From Octopus bimaculoides (lineage: Eukaryota): a stretch of 46,191 nt of DNA. A program made the position numbers and the translations under genes. Under the pieces are notes generated by a model. It ran no database searches, was not told the DNA's origin, and saw only the letters and a list, made by a program, of their open reading frames with translations. Location of the stretch: positions 6,233,862 through 6,280,052 of the forward strand of contig NC_068998.1 in assembly GCF_001194135.2 (NCBI RefSeq), given 5' to 3'. Positions 1 to 13,923 of the stretch are shown here, piece by piece. How positions within the stretch are numbered: the first letter of the stretch is position 1; every line of letters starts with the position of its first letter.

Positions 1-591
1 TATATATATATATATATATATATGGCTGCTTTTTATGCTTGTGATTGGTCAAATTGATATAGACACCTTTGATGAGAACCTAATTAAGTTTCGAAAATCA
101 ATGAAGGCTCTTCATAATTATTTTAATCTACGGAGAAATAGCAAAATTCGCTATTTATAAGTTGCCTGTTGTAATCAGCTGTCGTGGATAGACAGTTTCA
201 TTGTGGGCCCAAAAGAAGGAATTTGGTTATCTGTAGTGCCAAACAATCTTATCAGCAACCGTTTACTCTAGTCTCAACTAACCACTATGAAATCATAACC
301 AAAAATGTTCGGCGCGTTCGATGCGTTATTATCTTTCGTTCAGCTTATTTCCACACCGGAAGTTACTCAAGATGGAATAAATTGTCGACAGTATAAATCT
401 TGGTTAATTACAAAATGTAAAACTTGTAATGAAACAGTGTAGAGGCTGAAATTCATGGGTGAGCGTTTGACCTAATTAGATACGCATGGATCCATGTTAA
501 CGTTGATATATGGATTCGATTTTGGCCTGGGTTAGCTCATTTTTCAGTCAATTGTTTATATAATAAATGTCGCTTTAAAAATCGAAGTATA

Positions 592-693
592 TTCTTCTTC
601 TTCTTCTTCTTCTTCTTCTTCTTCTTCTTCTTCTTCTTCTTCTTCTTCTTCTTCTTCTTCTTCTTCTTCTTCTTCTTCTTCTTCTTCTTCTTC
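592..693. repeat. (TTC)n microsatellite running into a gap
   Basis: Seen directly. Confidence 0.98.
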
Positions 694-1252
694 NNNNNNN
701 NNNNNNNNNNNNNNNNNNNNNNNNNNNNNNNNNNNNNNNNNNNNNNNNNNNNNNNNNNNNNNNNNNNNNNNNNNNNNNNNNNNNNNNNNNNNNNNNNNNN
801 NNNNNNNNNNNNNNNNNNNNNNNNNNNNNNNNNNNNNNNNNNNNNNNNNNNNNNNNNNNNNNNNNNNNNNNNNNNNNNNNNNNNNNNNNNNNNNNNNNNN
901 NNNNNNNNNNNNNNNNNNNNNNNNNNNNNNNNNNNNNNNNNNNNNNNNNNNNNNNNNNNNNNNNNNNNNNNNNATGTGAATTTATTCCGTATTTTGTGTA
1001 GGTATAAAAATAAAAAAAAAAACAGATTCTAATGTTAAAGTTAATGGTGCACAGTGTAGATATAAGTTTGGCAAAGATCGATTTTAAAGCAGTAAAACTG
1101 TAATCACATGAAACATCATTTGTCATTTTTCCAAATGTTGTGTAACATCGAACATAAAATATTTTAACATATTTTAAACTAAATGTAAATAGAGATCGTA
1201 TATCATATGTAATAGAATTAAAAGTTTGTGCTTCTGCATGTGGGCATGTTTA

Positions 1253-1256
<4 letters not shown>

Positions 1257-1302
<46 letters not shown>

Positions 1303-1325
1303 TGCGTGCGTGCGTGTGTGCGTGC
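1257..1325. repeat. (TG)n/(TGCG)n microsatellite
   Basis: Seen directly. Confidence 0.95.
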
Positions 1326-2441
1326 AATCTATGTGATCTAAATTTATATTATGATACTTTTGTAGGTGTACGTATTAAATTCACTAACGAATGCGCTCTG
1401 TGCTTCATTACAAAGTAAATTACAATAGATTGTGACATTTTCCCGAATACTTTTCGTCTGGTTAGTATATGAAGTGTCTGGTTTAGTGTTTGAAGTTGTT
1501 CAAATGATAACTTGTAAATTTGAAGAGACTTCAAGTTTGAAGTGATTGGTTTGGTTGGACTCCCGTTGTTCTACCATGATGTAAGAGCTAATTAATAGCC
1601 GGCTGTCACTTGCAGAAACTAGAACATTACGCAACCCAGCGAAGAAGCATCTATAGAATCATACAACCTAGAAGAAATAGCCACCAAATATTCCTCAATT
1701 TATACCCTATACCCTTAAAATAACAAGAACACCATATTGAAATGTGCCGTGAGGTTAAACAACAGACAGCAATTGGGTCGGACCTAAATAAGCATTTGTC
1801 TTTTATTGAATAGCAAATCCGATATGGCGTCGGTCCAAATGGTGCGAAATATTTTGACATAATATTTCATGTTTGGCATGTTAAAATCATACTGCGACAA
1901 GTTTTGTCTTTCAGCTTTGCTTGATCGATACATATAAACATTTTGGTTTCTCATATATATGATAGCTTTAAACCATCCTGACTATCAATTATATACTCAT
2001 ATAATGATGCAACGACTGTTTGTATATAAAGCTTGAAACACGTGTACCGCGGAATCCTTTGTGTTCTGTTTTAATTTTACGTTTTTAATATATATAAATA
2101 TGTGAAATTGAGAATGATAAAGTATATCTCAAAATCTATTTTCATATTTAAAAAAAAAAAAAATATACTTAAAGGCTTTACATTTGTATGATTTTCAAAA
2201 GTATACATTATAAGGAACGTAGAGCTGTGTGACAAACTGTATAGTGATAAAGTTTGCGACACAAGTCAACGTTGACAATAGCGTTCAGTTTTAAAAATCA
2301 CAATAGTGTAAAACCGGTCAAGTATATTCATTTTTGAATTTAAAATAAATTTCTATTCATACATATTTATACTCTATTAGTTTCCCCTTCATTTATTTCT
2401 TCTGCATTATTACTTCTATGGTCTACTAACGATATATCTAT

Positions 2442-2838
2442 GTGGAGGCGCAATGGCCCTGGGGTTAGGGCAGCGGACTCGCGGTCGTGGGATCGCGGTT
2501 TCGATTCATAGACCGGGCGTTGTGAGTGTTTATTGAGCGAAGACGCCTAAAGCTCCACGAGGCTCCGGCAGGGGATGGTGGTGAATCCTACTGTACTCTT
2601 TCACCACAACTTTTTCTTTCTCTTTCTTCCTGTTTCTGTTCTACCTGTATTTCAAAGGACCAGCCTTGTCACACACGGTGTCACGCTGAATCTCTCCGAG
2701 AAATACATTAAGGGTACACGTGTCNNNNNNNNNNACGGTGTCACGCTGAATCTCTCCGAGAAATACATTAAGGGTACACGTGTCTGTGGAGTGCTCAGCC
2801 ACTTACACGTTAATTTCACGAGCAGTCTGTTCCGTTGA
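2442..2838 (+). mobile_element. tRNA-derived SINE, family A
   Basis: tRNA-like head (gtggaggcgcaatggcc..ggttagggcagcggactcgcgg..ggtttcgattc, A/B-box-like). High identity to the copies at 17.8, 40.6 and 42.1 kb. Confidence 0.88.
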
Positions 2839-2844
2839 TATGCC

Positions 2845-2986
2845 ACGAATATGTATATATATATGTGTGTGTGTGTGCGTGTGTGTGTGTATTTATATAA
2901 ATATACTTATGTATATATGCGTATGTAGATGTATATGTAGACATGTATACATATGTATATACGTATATAGATATGTATAGACATAC

Positions 2987-3069
<83 letters not shown>

Positions 3070-3070
3070 C
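2845..3070. repeat. (TA)n and TA/TG degenerate microsatellite
   Basis: Seen directly. Confidence 0.95.
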
Positions 3071-3888
3071 AGGGTGTGTATATAGTCATTTTTAAGTAAG
3101 TGTGAATTTATATTTCTGTCAAATTCTTAAAGTAGGCGTAAAATGCTGGCTTTCCTCTCTTTGAGAATTCTTATACAGATTTATCGTCACGTATTTCATA
3201 TAACTCATGTCAAAAAGTAATTTTTCTTTAATTCAAACTTTCGATGTTAAGTTACTGAGCTGCCGCAGCGGCGTATGATTGATAGCAAACAGTGACAAAC
3301 TTCCTCCTAAACCTATGTTATGATTGACAACTAGCTTCGTCTGTACTGTATCGAGTATGATAAAAATGAAAACAAAACAAAAACAAATACACACATACGC
3401 ATACACACGCACACACATGCACACACAAGAATGAAACAGTTTGTTTAGATTGACAGGAGAAAAAATTTTAAACGACTTAAATTTAAAATATTTTTATAGG
3501 TAGAGACTTGATTTTCGCATCTTCTCGAAAATAATGATTTCTACGCATGTGCTGTTCTAAATTCTAAACGACCAATTCATAAATACATTCCCTGGCGTGC
3601 GCGCGCACATTCACACATGCATATATGTATGTACGTATTCTTTTATTCTTTTACTTGTTTCAGCCATTTGACTGGGGCCATTTGACTGGTATGAGTTTTA
3701 AGAACAGTTTCACGTAGCTCCAGATGACTTAAAGTTTCATAGGAGGCGTCCACCTCATCAGATGCTACATTTTAAAGTGAAAATGGCTTTAAAAATACGG
3801 TAAATATTTCGTAAAAAAACCCGTTCGTAACCTCGGTGTGAAATAGTTTTTTTCCATAGGCTTTTATATATATATATTATATAAAAGT

Positions 3889-4010
3889 GACCGATAGAAT
3901 TAGTACTCGGCTTATAAAAAATAAGTCCTGAGGTCGATTTGTTCGACTAAAAACGGTACTCCAGCATGGTCGCAGTCAAATGACTGAAACAAGTTAAAGA
4001 ATAAAAGAAT
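3889..4010 (+). mobile_element. SINE family B 3' fragment (an inverted tail fragment also lies at ~3645-3690)
   Basis: gaccgatagaattagtac..gtcgatttgttcgactaa..cagcatggtcgcagtcaaatgactgaaac. Confidence 0.72.
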
Positions 4011-5034
4011 ATATATACTCACTCATACTCACACATATATTATACAATATATATATTTCTTTACGCTGGATACGATTTATGCCTTTTATCACCTCCAATT
4101 TCGCCGTTCTTACCTAGATATAACTCACCAATACGTTAAGACACAACAATTATACTAACTGAATTGTTGATCATGAAAATAGAATTTACTTTCCATTGCC
4201 GTTGTTGTTAGATGTGGTGGTGGTGGTGGTGGTGGTGGCGGCGTGACTAAGATATCATAAATATTGGGTACTTTCAGTGAGTCTAATCTAATCGTTTTAT
4301 CAGCGTTTAGTAAAATACCATTTAATATCAATATCGACATTTTTATCTCTGTTCCTGTCGAGTGCATTGACATTTTCCCGTGTCAAGGTTACTACACTGC
4401 CGATAGCCATTAGTTTTGTGATGAAGAATTTTGTTGATAAACTTAATTTATTTCTGATAAAATTTCCAGATTACCTTAGGGAAAAATAATCAGTATTCGT
4501 AAAATTAACAGTTATATCAAATCACAAATATTAAAAAGAAATAATAATTAAATTGTCGACCAAAAAATCACACGCTCGCTGTTCATTGCTTCGCATTATT
4601 ATGACATATTTAATACGACCACGCTAATACGTGCTTTAAATATTTATCTACATTCATTGCATATTTTACACGGTCATATATACAAATACACACACAGGGA
4701 CACACGAAAACACCCCTCATACACACATATATACATATATATATATATAACACCCAAACACATTCAACGCGCTATTACTCTTATCGTATAGTATATCCGT
4801 AAAACCATTTTTGTAGACGTTGTACGAAACTCTATTCTCCTCGAATTTAAATTTTAAAACCGAATTTGTCGGCTATTTTGAGAGAATTGAAGATTTATAA
4901 ACCTAAAACATTTTTTTACTTCAAACTTACATTTGAAATTCCGTTTGCAATAACCGACAGCTGCAGCAAATGTTTAGGAACAATTCCCATTGAATAAATA
5001 CCACTTTCATGTCTGTTTGATGGCGTGAATGCTG

Positions 5035-5065
<31 letters not shown>

Positions 5066-5193
5066 CGTGCGCGTGCGTGTGTGTGTGCGTGCGTGTTTAC
5101 TGACATGCCCTTCATCTCACACAAAAATTTCTATCCAAGAATTCAAGGAGAAATAAATATATTCTAATTGTTACTTCATATATATACATATAT

Positions 5194-5536
5194 AGGCGCA
5201 GGAGTGGCTGTGTGGTAAGTAGCTCGCTTACCAACCACATGGTTCCGGGTTCAGTCCCACTGCGTAGCACCTTGGGCAAGTGTCTTCTACCATAGCCTCG
5301 AGCCGACCAAAGCCTTGTGAGTGGATTTGGTAGACGGAAACTAAAAGAAGCCCGTCGTATATATGTATATATATGTGCATGCATATGTGTGTGTATGTGT
5401 GTGCGTATATGTTTGTCCCCCAACATCGCTTGACAACCGATGCTGGTGCGTTTATGTTCCCGTAACATAGCATTTCGGCAAAGGAGACCGATAGAATAAG
5501 TACTAGGCTTACAAAGAATAAGTCCTGGGGTCGATT
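5194..5536 (+). mobile_element. tRNA-derived SINE, family B
   Basis: Head ggcgcaggagtggctgtgtggtaag..ggttccgggttcagtcccactgc, core ccttgggcaagtgtcttct..gccttgtgagtggatttggtagac, internal TA/TG tract, 3' gaccgatagaataagtac. Recurs many times in the window. Confidence 0.85.
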
Positions 5537-5822
5537 CGTGTGTGTGTGTGAGTATAATCACATATACACACAATCAATTTCGAAGCTCATAAAAAGTTTT
5601 CTTTTTATCAAAAAATCCTCCCAAATCCTTTGCATCTTTTCTTCAAAATATGTTGTCATCACTAGTTCCAGTCTCCAAGTCTCGATCTGCAATTCATAAT
5701 TCACTGAGTACCATATTTATTAGTTTTGTAATATATCAATATATATTAATATACTATTTACAAATATTTCCCAGCACCAGTAACTGGACGTAATGTCGTT
5801 TGGTCCATGTTGAAGTGACAAA

Positions 5823-5869
<47 letters not shown>

Positions 5870-5892
5870 GGAGGAGGAGGAGGAGGAGGAGG
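5823..5892. repeat. Compound (GAT)n(GAG)n microsatellite
   Basis: Seen directly. Confidence 0.97.
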
Positions 5893-6474
5893 ACAGTGCT
5901 ATGACATGCATTTTATTGGCAGCAGAAGTACCACTGAACATGACGCCATTCTGTATCTTGTCAGCTTCGCGATTCAGCTGACAATAACAGCATCGCAATA
6001 TCTACTTCGTAAAAAGTAACACCCCCACCTCCACACATCTGTGTATATATATACATATATATGTGTGTGTGGGGGTGGGGGTGGGGTGGTGTGCATGTAT
6101 GTGTATATATATATCTATGCACACATACATACATAAATACATACATACATGCATACATATATATATATGGAAGTTAAACCCCAGTTAATAAACTAGCTAA
6201 TTTATTTATATATGTATATATATATAAGAGAATGTGCCTGTGTGTGTATGTGTGTGCGTATGTGTGTGTGTGTGTGAGTGTGTGTGTGTGATAATGTAAG
6301 GGTTGGAAAGTATACTGTAATGTATTTAACCTTGCAAGTATAATCTGGTGTAGACACGATGCTTTGCGTAGAAAGATCTTTCTTTTACAGCAAACGTTGT
6401 CAATCTATGCAAGAGTTCCGCCTTTGGATGACCTGTTGCGGGCAGCCTAGCCAAGTGTGAACTTACCAAGTCAC

Positions 6475-6680
<206 letters not shown>

Positions 6681-7676
6681 AGCAAATATGTTCTGAATGT
6701 CTTCGATATGTCTATGAACACGGTGCAAAAGTTGTCTGAAAAACCTGAGTCAGATATTTTGTACAGCGTCTCCATGTCCTTGAGAAATTTGGTTTGAGGA
6801 ATTTTCACTCGCTGAAATATTAAAGAACTCGAAATCAAGGTAGTTTATATAACATGGAATTTACTGTGATTAAATACCTAAATTCTTTTTTTCAAGTTTC
6901 TCAAATTGTGGGGGTAAAATTCTTGTAATAGTACGCAATGCAAATGCTGAATATTTCAGCCACGAGGTTTATAGAAACATCAATTAATGTATTCAAATAC
7001 ATGCATCGGAGGCCTCATAAATGTAAGATAAAGATCATTAGTTGCGTTTGGCTACATCGCATTATTCTCTTACATATAATATTTATTGTAACAAGAAGAT
7101 GCCATTTCATGATGTAATTTTAATGCATCCCATTGGCAAGGTGTTCTTTAAATGCAGTTACTTCCCGCTAACCATTTTACAGTTGAAAGGGCAAGTGTTT
7201 TCAATGGCTTCTCACTCTTGTTGATTAATTTATATAGTTCCAGAATATTCTCTTCACACCATTATCTCCTGAAAAAAACGGAGTCAATGTTTGGAGGTAA
7301 TTTCTTCAGCAGCATGCGAACGTGTTAAACAGTGAGAGTGGGAAACTGCATTATATGAGAATGAAGTCTGGATCACCTAATTTCATTATCGTGTACATAG
7401 AATTATTAATGCTACCCAGCGGTGAAGATCCGTTTGCCATATCAACAAAACAGATTTTAATATTAATTCCCGCATCACCCACGAATGTTTTTAAGACTTG
7501 ATTCAACGCTTCAGAGTTATTCTTTGTTATTAGAATTAACCCTAGAAACTGATAAAAGAATTGTTTTTGTCTTTTATCTCAGCATTGCACAAGCTGCCAT
7601 TTCATAAGCAATATTAGCTGAACTAGTTCAGGGCGATGGGTTGTCAGAATCGTTAGCGACGTTTGGCCTTGAGTCG

Positions 7677-7830
7677 AACAAATCGACCCCAGGACTGATT
7701 CTTTGTAAGCCTAGTACTTATTCTCTCGGTCTCTTTTGCCAAGCCGCTACGGGACATAAACACACCAACATCGGTTGTCAAGTGACGGTGGTGGTGGTGG
7801 GGGAGGACAAACACAGACACACAAACATAT
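7677..7830 (-). mobile_element. SINE family B 3' fragment running into (TA)n and a gap
   Basis: aatcgaccccaggactgattctttgtaagcctagtacttattctctcggtctc..catcggttgtcaagtga. Confidence 0.75.
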
Positions 7831-7858
7831 ACATATATATATATATATATGTATATGT

Positions 7859-7930
<72 letters not shown>

Positions 7931-8854
7931 NNNNNNNNNNNNNNNNNNNNNNNNNNNNNNNNNNNNNNNNNNNNNNNNNNNNNNNNNNNNNNNNNNNNNN
8001 NNNNNNNNNNNNNNNNNNNNNNNNNNNNNNNNNNNNNNNNNNNNNNNNNNNNNNNNNNNNNNNNNNNNNNNNNNNNNNNNNNNNNNNNNNNNNNNNNNNN
8101 NNNNNNNNNNNNNNNNNNNNNNNNNNNNNNNNNNNNNNNNNNNNNNNNNNNNNNNNNNNNNNNNNNNNNNNNNNNNNNNNNNNNNNNNNNNNNNNNNNNN
8201 NNNNNNNNNNNNNNNNNNNNNNNNNNNNNNNNNNNNNNNNNNNNNNNNNNNNNNNNNNNNNNNNNNNNNNNNNNNNNNNNNNNNNNNNNNNNNNNNNNNN
8301 NNNNNNNNNNNNNNNNNNNNNNNNNNNNNNNNNNNNNNNNNNNNNNNNNNNNNNNNNNNNNNNNNNNNNNNNNNNNNNNNNNNNNNNNNNNNNNNNNNNN
8401 NNNNNNNNNNNNNNNNNNNNNNNNNNNNNNNNNNNNNNNNNNNNNNNNNNNNNNNNNNNNNNNNNNNNNNNNNNNNNNNNNNNNNNNNNNNNNNNNNNNN
8501 NNNNNNNNNNNNNNNNNNNNNNNNNNNNNNNNNNNNNNNNNNNNNNNNNNNNNNNNNNNNNNNNNNNNNNNNNNNNNNNNNNNNNNNNNNNNNNNNNNNN
8601 NNNNNNNNNNNNNNNNNNNNNNNNNNNNNNNNNNNNNNNNNNNNNNNNNNNNNNNNNNNNNNNNNNNNNNNNNNNNNNNNNNNNNNNNNNNNNNNNNNNN
8701 NNNNNNNNNNNNNNNNNNNNNNNNNNNNNNNNNNNNNNNNNNNNNNNNNNNNNNNNNNNNNNNNNNNNNNNNNNNNNNNNNNNNNNNNNNNNNNNNNNNN
8801 NNNNNNNNNNNNNNNNNNNNNNNNNNNNNNNNNNNNNNNNNNNNNNNNNNNNNN

Positions 8855-8889
<35 letters not shown>

Positions 8890-9805
8890 GCATACAGTGT
8901 ATTATTGGTCGTTAATTGTTAAATTTCCGATATTTATAATTTTCTGCTCCTTATAATTCTAAACTTTAGATATTTTGCTTGTAAATCTGCAGTATTTTAC
9001 AGGTTTCATCCTTGTGTGTGTCAGGTTACGTGTGCGGTTTTCTGTGTATATGCGCGTTGTTCTGTGTATTTATATCTGTGTTATGTTCTTGTATGTGTAT
9101 ATGTCTGAGTACGTTGCATATGTGTGCAGAAGGTTTTGAGTTGTTATGAATACGTCGCGCTTCTGCCCGTATCTGTGTGAGTGCGCTTGTGTAGATTTGA
9201 ATGTGTGTTGATTTGTATAATCTTGCATGCGTGCACGTGTGTGTGTGTGTGTGTGTGTGCGTGTGTGTCAGTGTGTGTATGTGTTTAGGCTTATTTGTGC
9301 GTATTTGTAAATATGTGTTAATGTTTTTATATGTTTAAAGTTGAAGTAGTAGTGAACGTTTGTATAGGCATGTGTGTTCGTCCGCCTACGTGCATTTATG
9401 ATTTTTATTTTATGTACATGTGTTTATTTGTATATACATGTATATGTTTGTCTTTATGCTTTCTTAGTGTTCGTGTATATTCGAGTTATTCGTTTCGGCG
9501 GTTGATTGGTTGATCCTACCAAGTCACGTGGTCTATCTGCATGCTGAGCGGATTGTAAGTAAAAAATGGAAGAAACAGAAACATTTTCATGTTTGTTTGT
9601 TCATTAGTTATTTTTGTTTTCCTAACTCTGTAAGAAATTTAGTTTCTCTGTTGATATTGCCCAAAGGAAAATGTATTTTGGATAAAACATCTGCTTTTAG
9701 ATAATTCCAGATTAGAACTCCCGAAACGAAATTTATATATAGTATTTTCTAAAATAGTAGTTTCTTAAAATTTCTATCAGAAAAAAAACAAAAAACAAAA
9801 CAACA

Positions 9806-10029
9806 TGTGTGGTAAGAAGTTTGTTTCCTAACCACATGGTCCCAGATTCAGTCCCACTGCACTGCACCTTGGGCGAATGACCGCGAGGCGACCAAAGCCT
9901 TGTGAGTGGATTTGGTAGACAGAAACAGAAAGAAACCCATTCTATCCATACATTATATATATGTGTGTGTGTTTTTTGTGTGTCTTGTGTGTGTGTGTGT
10001 GTGTATGTGTGTGTATGTGTGTGTGTGTG

Positions 10030-10064
<35 letters not shown>

Positions 10065-10283
10065 ATTTGTGTTTGTCCTCCATCACCACTTGACAACTGG
10101 TGTTGGTGTGATTACGTGGCCGTAACCTAGTTGTTCGACAAAAGAGGCAGAAAGAATAAGTACCAGGCTTTACACAAAAAATAATTTGTAAATTTGTACT
10201 GTGGTCGAATTGTTCGACCAAAAAACTCCTCAAGGTGGTGCACCAGAATGGCCGTAGTCTAACGACTGAAAGAAGTTAGAGAT
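9806..10283 (+). mobile_element. SINE family B
   Basis: Same head, core and tail as the 5194 copy, with a long internal (TG)n. Confidence 0.82.
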
Positions 10284-10377
10284 ATAACAAATATGTTATT
10301 TAAACTGTGGACTATTTTCTCTCTTGTTAAGAAACTTTTCTAAAGGTAGATGAATAAGTACTATATACGGCTACAAG

Positions 10378-10450
10378 CAGGGCCGGCCTTAGGAGCTGCG
10401 GTGCCCAATTGGAAACAATTTTAGTGGGCCCCAGGTTCCCAGCCAACTTG
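10378..10450. mobile_element. Possible hAT-like MITE left-end fragment
   Basis: GC-rich cagggccggccttagg..ggtgccc..gggcccc, typical of CAGGGCCGG-ended MITEs. No partner end seen. Confidence 0.35.
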
Positions 10451-10982
10451 CACCAAGGTCTATAGAATCATAAAAATATAAAAATCCAGCCGTTGATACT
10501 ATGCTACCGTGCGGTGCCACGTAAAAGCACTCAGACCTCGCTGTAAAGTGGCAGACTTCTCTTCTCAAGAGACTTAAACCAGAAAACGTATAAATGGATA
10601 CAGTGAGAATTTTGTTTCTATACTAGATGCGTGTTTGGCAGCAACATTCTACACAAACATTCTATCAGCGAAAAGTCAATCGTGAAGAGATTACAACGTC
10701 GGTCTAAAAAGTAAACTTTGGTTCCCATAAATTGCTAATTTAAAATCAATTAATAATATCAGACGAAGAAAAGCTATTCTAAGAAAGAATACAAGATTAA
10801 AATATAAAGAAGGGCAATAAAAATGTAACAACGCAAATAAAATTATTAAGGTTGTAAACTTTGAGCACGCTACCAATACAGCATATATATTACGAAATCT
10901 TCTGTTAGAGCAAATAGCAAGCACTAGGCACTGCACGTATATTAGTGTACTCAAAACATTGAAGCTACGGGGAATTGAACAC

Positions 10983-11245
10983 ATTGGGTTGTCGAATAAA
11001 TTCATTGTTTTTCTACGTAATTTAATTGCTTTCAATGTTATTTGAATACGAAAAATATCTTCGTCCTGGTGTTTTATGTTGAGGTTTTCTATTTTTTTTT
11101 TCTTTTGCTGCTTAATTCCTCCTCCTCCACAACTCTTGTTTATCGTTCTGGAAATTTGAATAAGTTTTATTTCTTTTCAAACGTAAGACAATTCAGGGCC
11201 AAACAGGAAACAAAACCTAACGAATTTATCAAGCGCGACCCAATA
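10983..11245. mobile_element. Mariner-like MITE of about 260 bp
   Basis: Left end attgggttgtcgaataaattcattgttttt and right end (reverse complement) tattgggtcgcgcttgataaattcgttaggtttt form degenerate TIRs resembling mariner TATTGGGTTG ends. Confidence 0.55.
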
Positions 11246-12022
11246 GATTAACCGAACAAACTGTGTAGTTAGCGATGGCACACAGAACTGTATTCGATTG
11301 TGCAATAAAAGCACGTAATAAAATGATATTATTGATGAGTATTTCAGACAGCCACAAATATACAAATTTTGTAGGAATGATATAATAAAGCAGCGCTACT
11401 TGACTAGTAATCATCATGTTGACCTCGGCTCAATTAATGTTAAAGTTAATACTGGCGGGATTTGAATTAAGAACTCAAAGAATCATAAATAAATAAACAT
11501 TATATTTCGTCTGATTATCTCCATATATCGCCATTAATAGATGTCCATACGGGATTGGATCCAATATACTTTCTACAAAACAGATATATCGTATTTTAAT
11601 GTCAATATGAGAAAACCTTTTAATAATGCATTATTCCGACTAAAAATTTAATTAATTAACTTTATTTATCTTAGTCCAGTCAGTTGAACAAAATATTACA
11701 GAGAAGTTCATAAATTTCTTATTTACATAATACTTAATAAATAATACTCACTATTGATTCATGTTTCGCTACGTGTATGGTAGACGTGAAGATATTAATG
11801 TATAAAAGAAATACTAAATTTAATAATAGGGATAATCTTATCCTGCGTCACAAGTGCAGAATTTTTTTTAGAAAATGTAATAATGTGTGTGGATGATAAA
11901 TGCCACCTACATGATCAGCTTACAGAATAATAAGCGGCAATCACTGCAACTATTCTACATGAAGTATATATGAGATCATAAAGATGGAAGACGTGTTCTC
12001 ACCAATGCCTCTCCGTATACTT

Positions 12023-12094
<72 letters not shown>

Positions 12095-12126
12095 GATCAT
12101 ATATATATATATATACATACATACAT

Positions 12127-12168
<42 letters not shown>

Positions 12169-12264
12169 GCGATCATATGTATTATATATGTAATACATGC
12201 TTTTATGAATATATACACATCAACAAATATATATAGATGTTATGTATATAATATAAACGTTGTT

Positions 12265-12302
<38 letters not shown>

Positions 12303-13138
12303 TATATGTATATGTACGTATGTATATATGTATAGATATGTTCATTTACACATATATATTAGTTAGTATATAATGTACATATATATATATATGCATATAT
12401 GTAAGTGTGTGTGTGTGTATATATATATATATACAATATAAATGTATGCCCGTATATGTATGCATATTTATATAGATACATGTATACATATATGAGCATG
12501 CACACGTATTAGTATGTGTGTGTGCATGTATGTGTGTGTGCATGTATGTGTGTGATTATGTGTTACGTGTGTGCATGAGCGTATGTATACACACGTTGTC
12601 TCTTAAATTTCTACACTTTTTATACCAACCGCAGTGCTATAAGATGTACATCACAAAAATAAGATATCATGTAAACATATAGTGTCCATAACGGTCATTT
12701 TGTTAGACAATATATCAAAGTTTAGTTTCAAAAATATAAATAACAATATTTAATGGAAGGCGGACGACACATTAAACAAAGCTGATAGATTTTGTGAATA
12801 ATGACTTTCTTACAAATCTGTAAAATTGTTACTAAATATTTCGGAAAACCAACACACATACAAGACTGGAGATGAAGGAAAAAGGTTTGGCCAAGACGAA
12901 TTGTAATGGGTAACACCTGAGAGAAATTTTGAAAGGATATAGAATAAATAGAAGACGAAAAAATATAGTAGAAGAGAAAAAAAATAGCAGGAGAGAAAAA
13001 ATAATAAACGAGAAAAAATTTCGAGAGGCCGATATTTTTTTTCTAAAAAGCATGGATGAGATTTATAGAAAAAGGAGAAATTGCTTTTTTATTGCTGTAC
13101 GAATACATACATACATGTGTGTGTGTGTGTTTGTGTGC

Positions 13139-13155
13139 AGAGAGAGACAGAGAGA

Positions 13156-13197
<42 letters not shown>

Positions 13198-13235
13198 AAG
13201 AGATAGAGAGAGAGAGAGAGAGAAAGAGAGAGAAA
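13139..13235. repeat. (AG)n microsatellite running into a gap
   Basis: Seen directly. Confidence 0.96.
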
Positions 13236-13876
13236 NNNNNNNNNNNNNNNNNNNNNNNNNNNNNNNNNNNNNNNNNNNNNNNNNNNNNNNNNNNNNNNNN
13301 NNNNNNNNNNNNNNNNNNNNNNNNNNNNNNNNNNNNNNNNNNNNNNNNNNNNNNNNNNNNNNNNNNNNNNNNNNNNNNNNNNNNNNNNNNNNNNNNNNNN
13401 NNNNNNNNNNNNNNNNNNNNNNNNNNNNNNNNNNNNNNNNNNNNNNNNNNNNNNNNNNNNNNNNNNNNNNNNNNNNNNNNNNNNNNNNNNNNNNNNNNNN
13501 NNNNNNNNNNNNNNNNNNNNNNNNNNNNNNNNNNNNNNNNNNNNNNNNNNNNNNNNNNNNNNNNNNNNNNNNNNNNNNNNNNNNNNNNNNNNNNNNNNNN
13601 NNNNNNNNNNNNNNNNNNNNNNNNNNNNNNNNNNNNNNNNNNNNNNNNNNNNNNNNNNNNNNNNNNNNNNNNNNNNNNNNNNNNNNNNNNNNNNNNNNNN
13701 NNNNNNNNNNNNNNNNNNNNNNNNNNNNNNNNNNNNNNNNNNNNNNNNNNNNNNNNNNNNNNNNNNNNNNNNNNNNNNNNNNNNNNNNNNNNNNNNNNNN
13801 NNNNNNNNNNNNAAGGAAGGAGGTAAAACGTGGTAAAAGAGTGAGGAATTCGGTGAAATAATTGTGTTCTTGTATT

Positions 13877-13923
<47 letters not shown>

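Noticed and set aside
2442-2520. tRNA-like sequence (also the heads of the other SINE copies)
   Set aside because: It continues into SINE body sequence in multiple dispersed copies, so it is a SINE head and not a tRNA gene.
2676-2784. About 50-bp direct duplication inside the family A SINE
   Set aside because: The copies sit on either side of a 10-N gap, which is typical of an unmerged contig overlap. The other family A copies have one copy.
5945-5966. Short similarity to 29600-29620 (ccattctg.at..tgtca; KIQNGV versus RIQNGV) and an adjacent 8-bp hairpin at ~5959-5983
   Set aside because: About 16 of 22 matches with no extension, consistent with chance; there is no Helitron-type CTRR end.
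7641-8956. Long ORFs of 350-420 aa (similar ones at 12929-13987, 16251-16770, 17310-17892, 23589-24141 and 32870-33868)
   Set aside because: They are open only because they span N gaps and TA/AG/TG microsatellites.
12728-12916. Candidate final GPCR exon on the minus strand with a good acceptor (ttctctcag|GTG TTA CCC..., VLPITIRLGQTFF...)
   Set aside because: The phase fits, but the translation lacks the basic amphipathic helix 8 of class B receptors. Only transcripts could rescue it.
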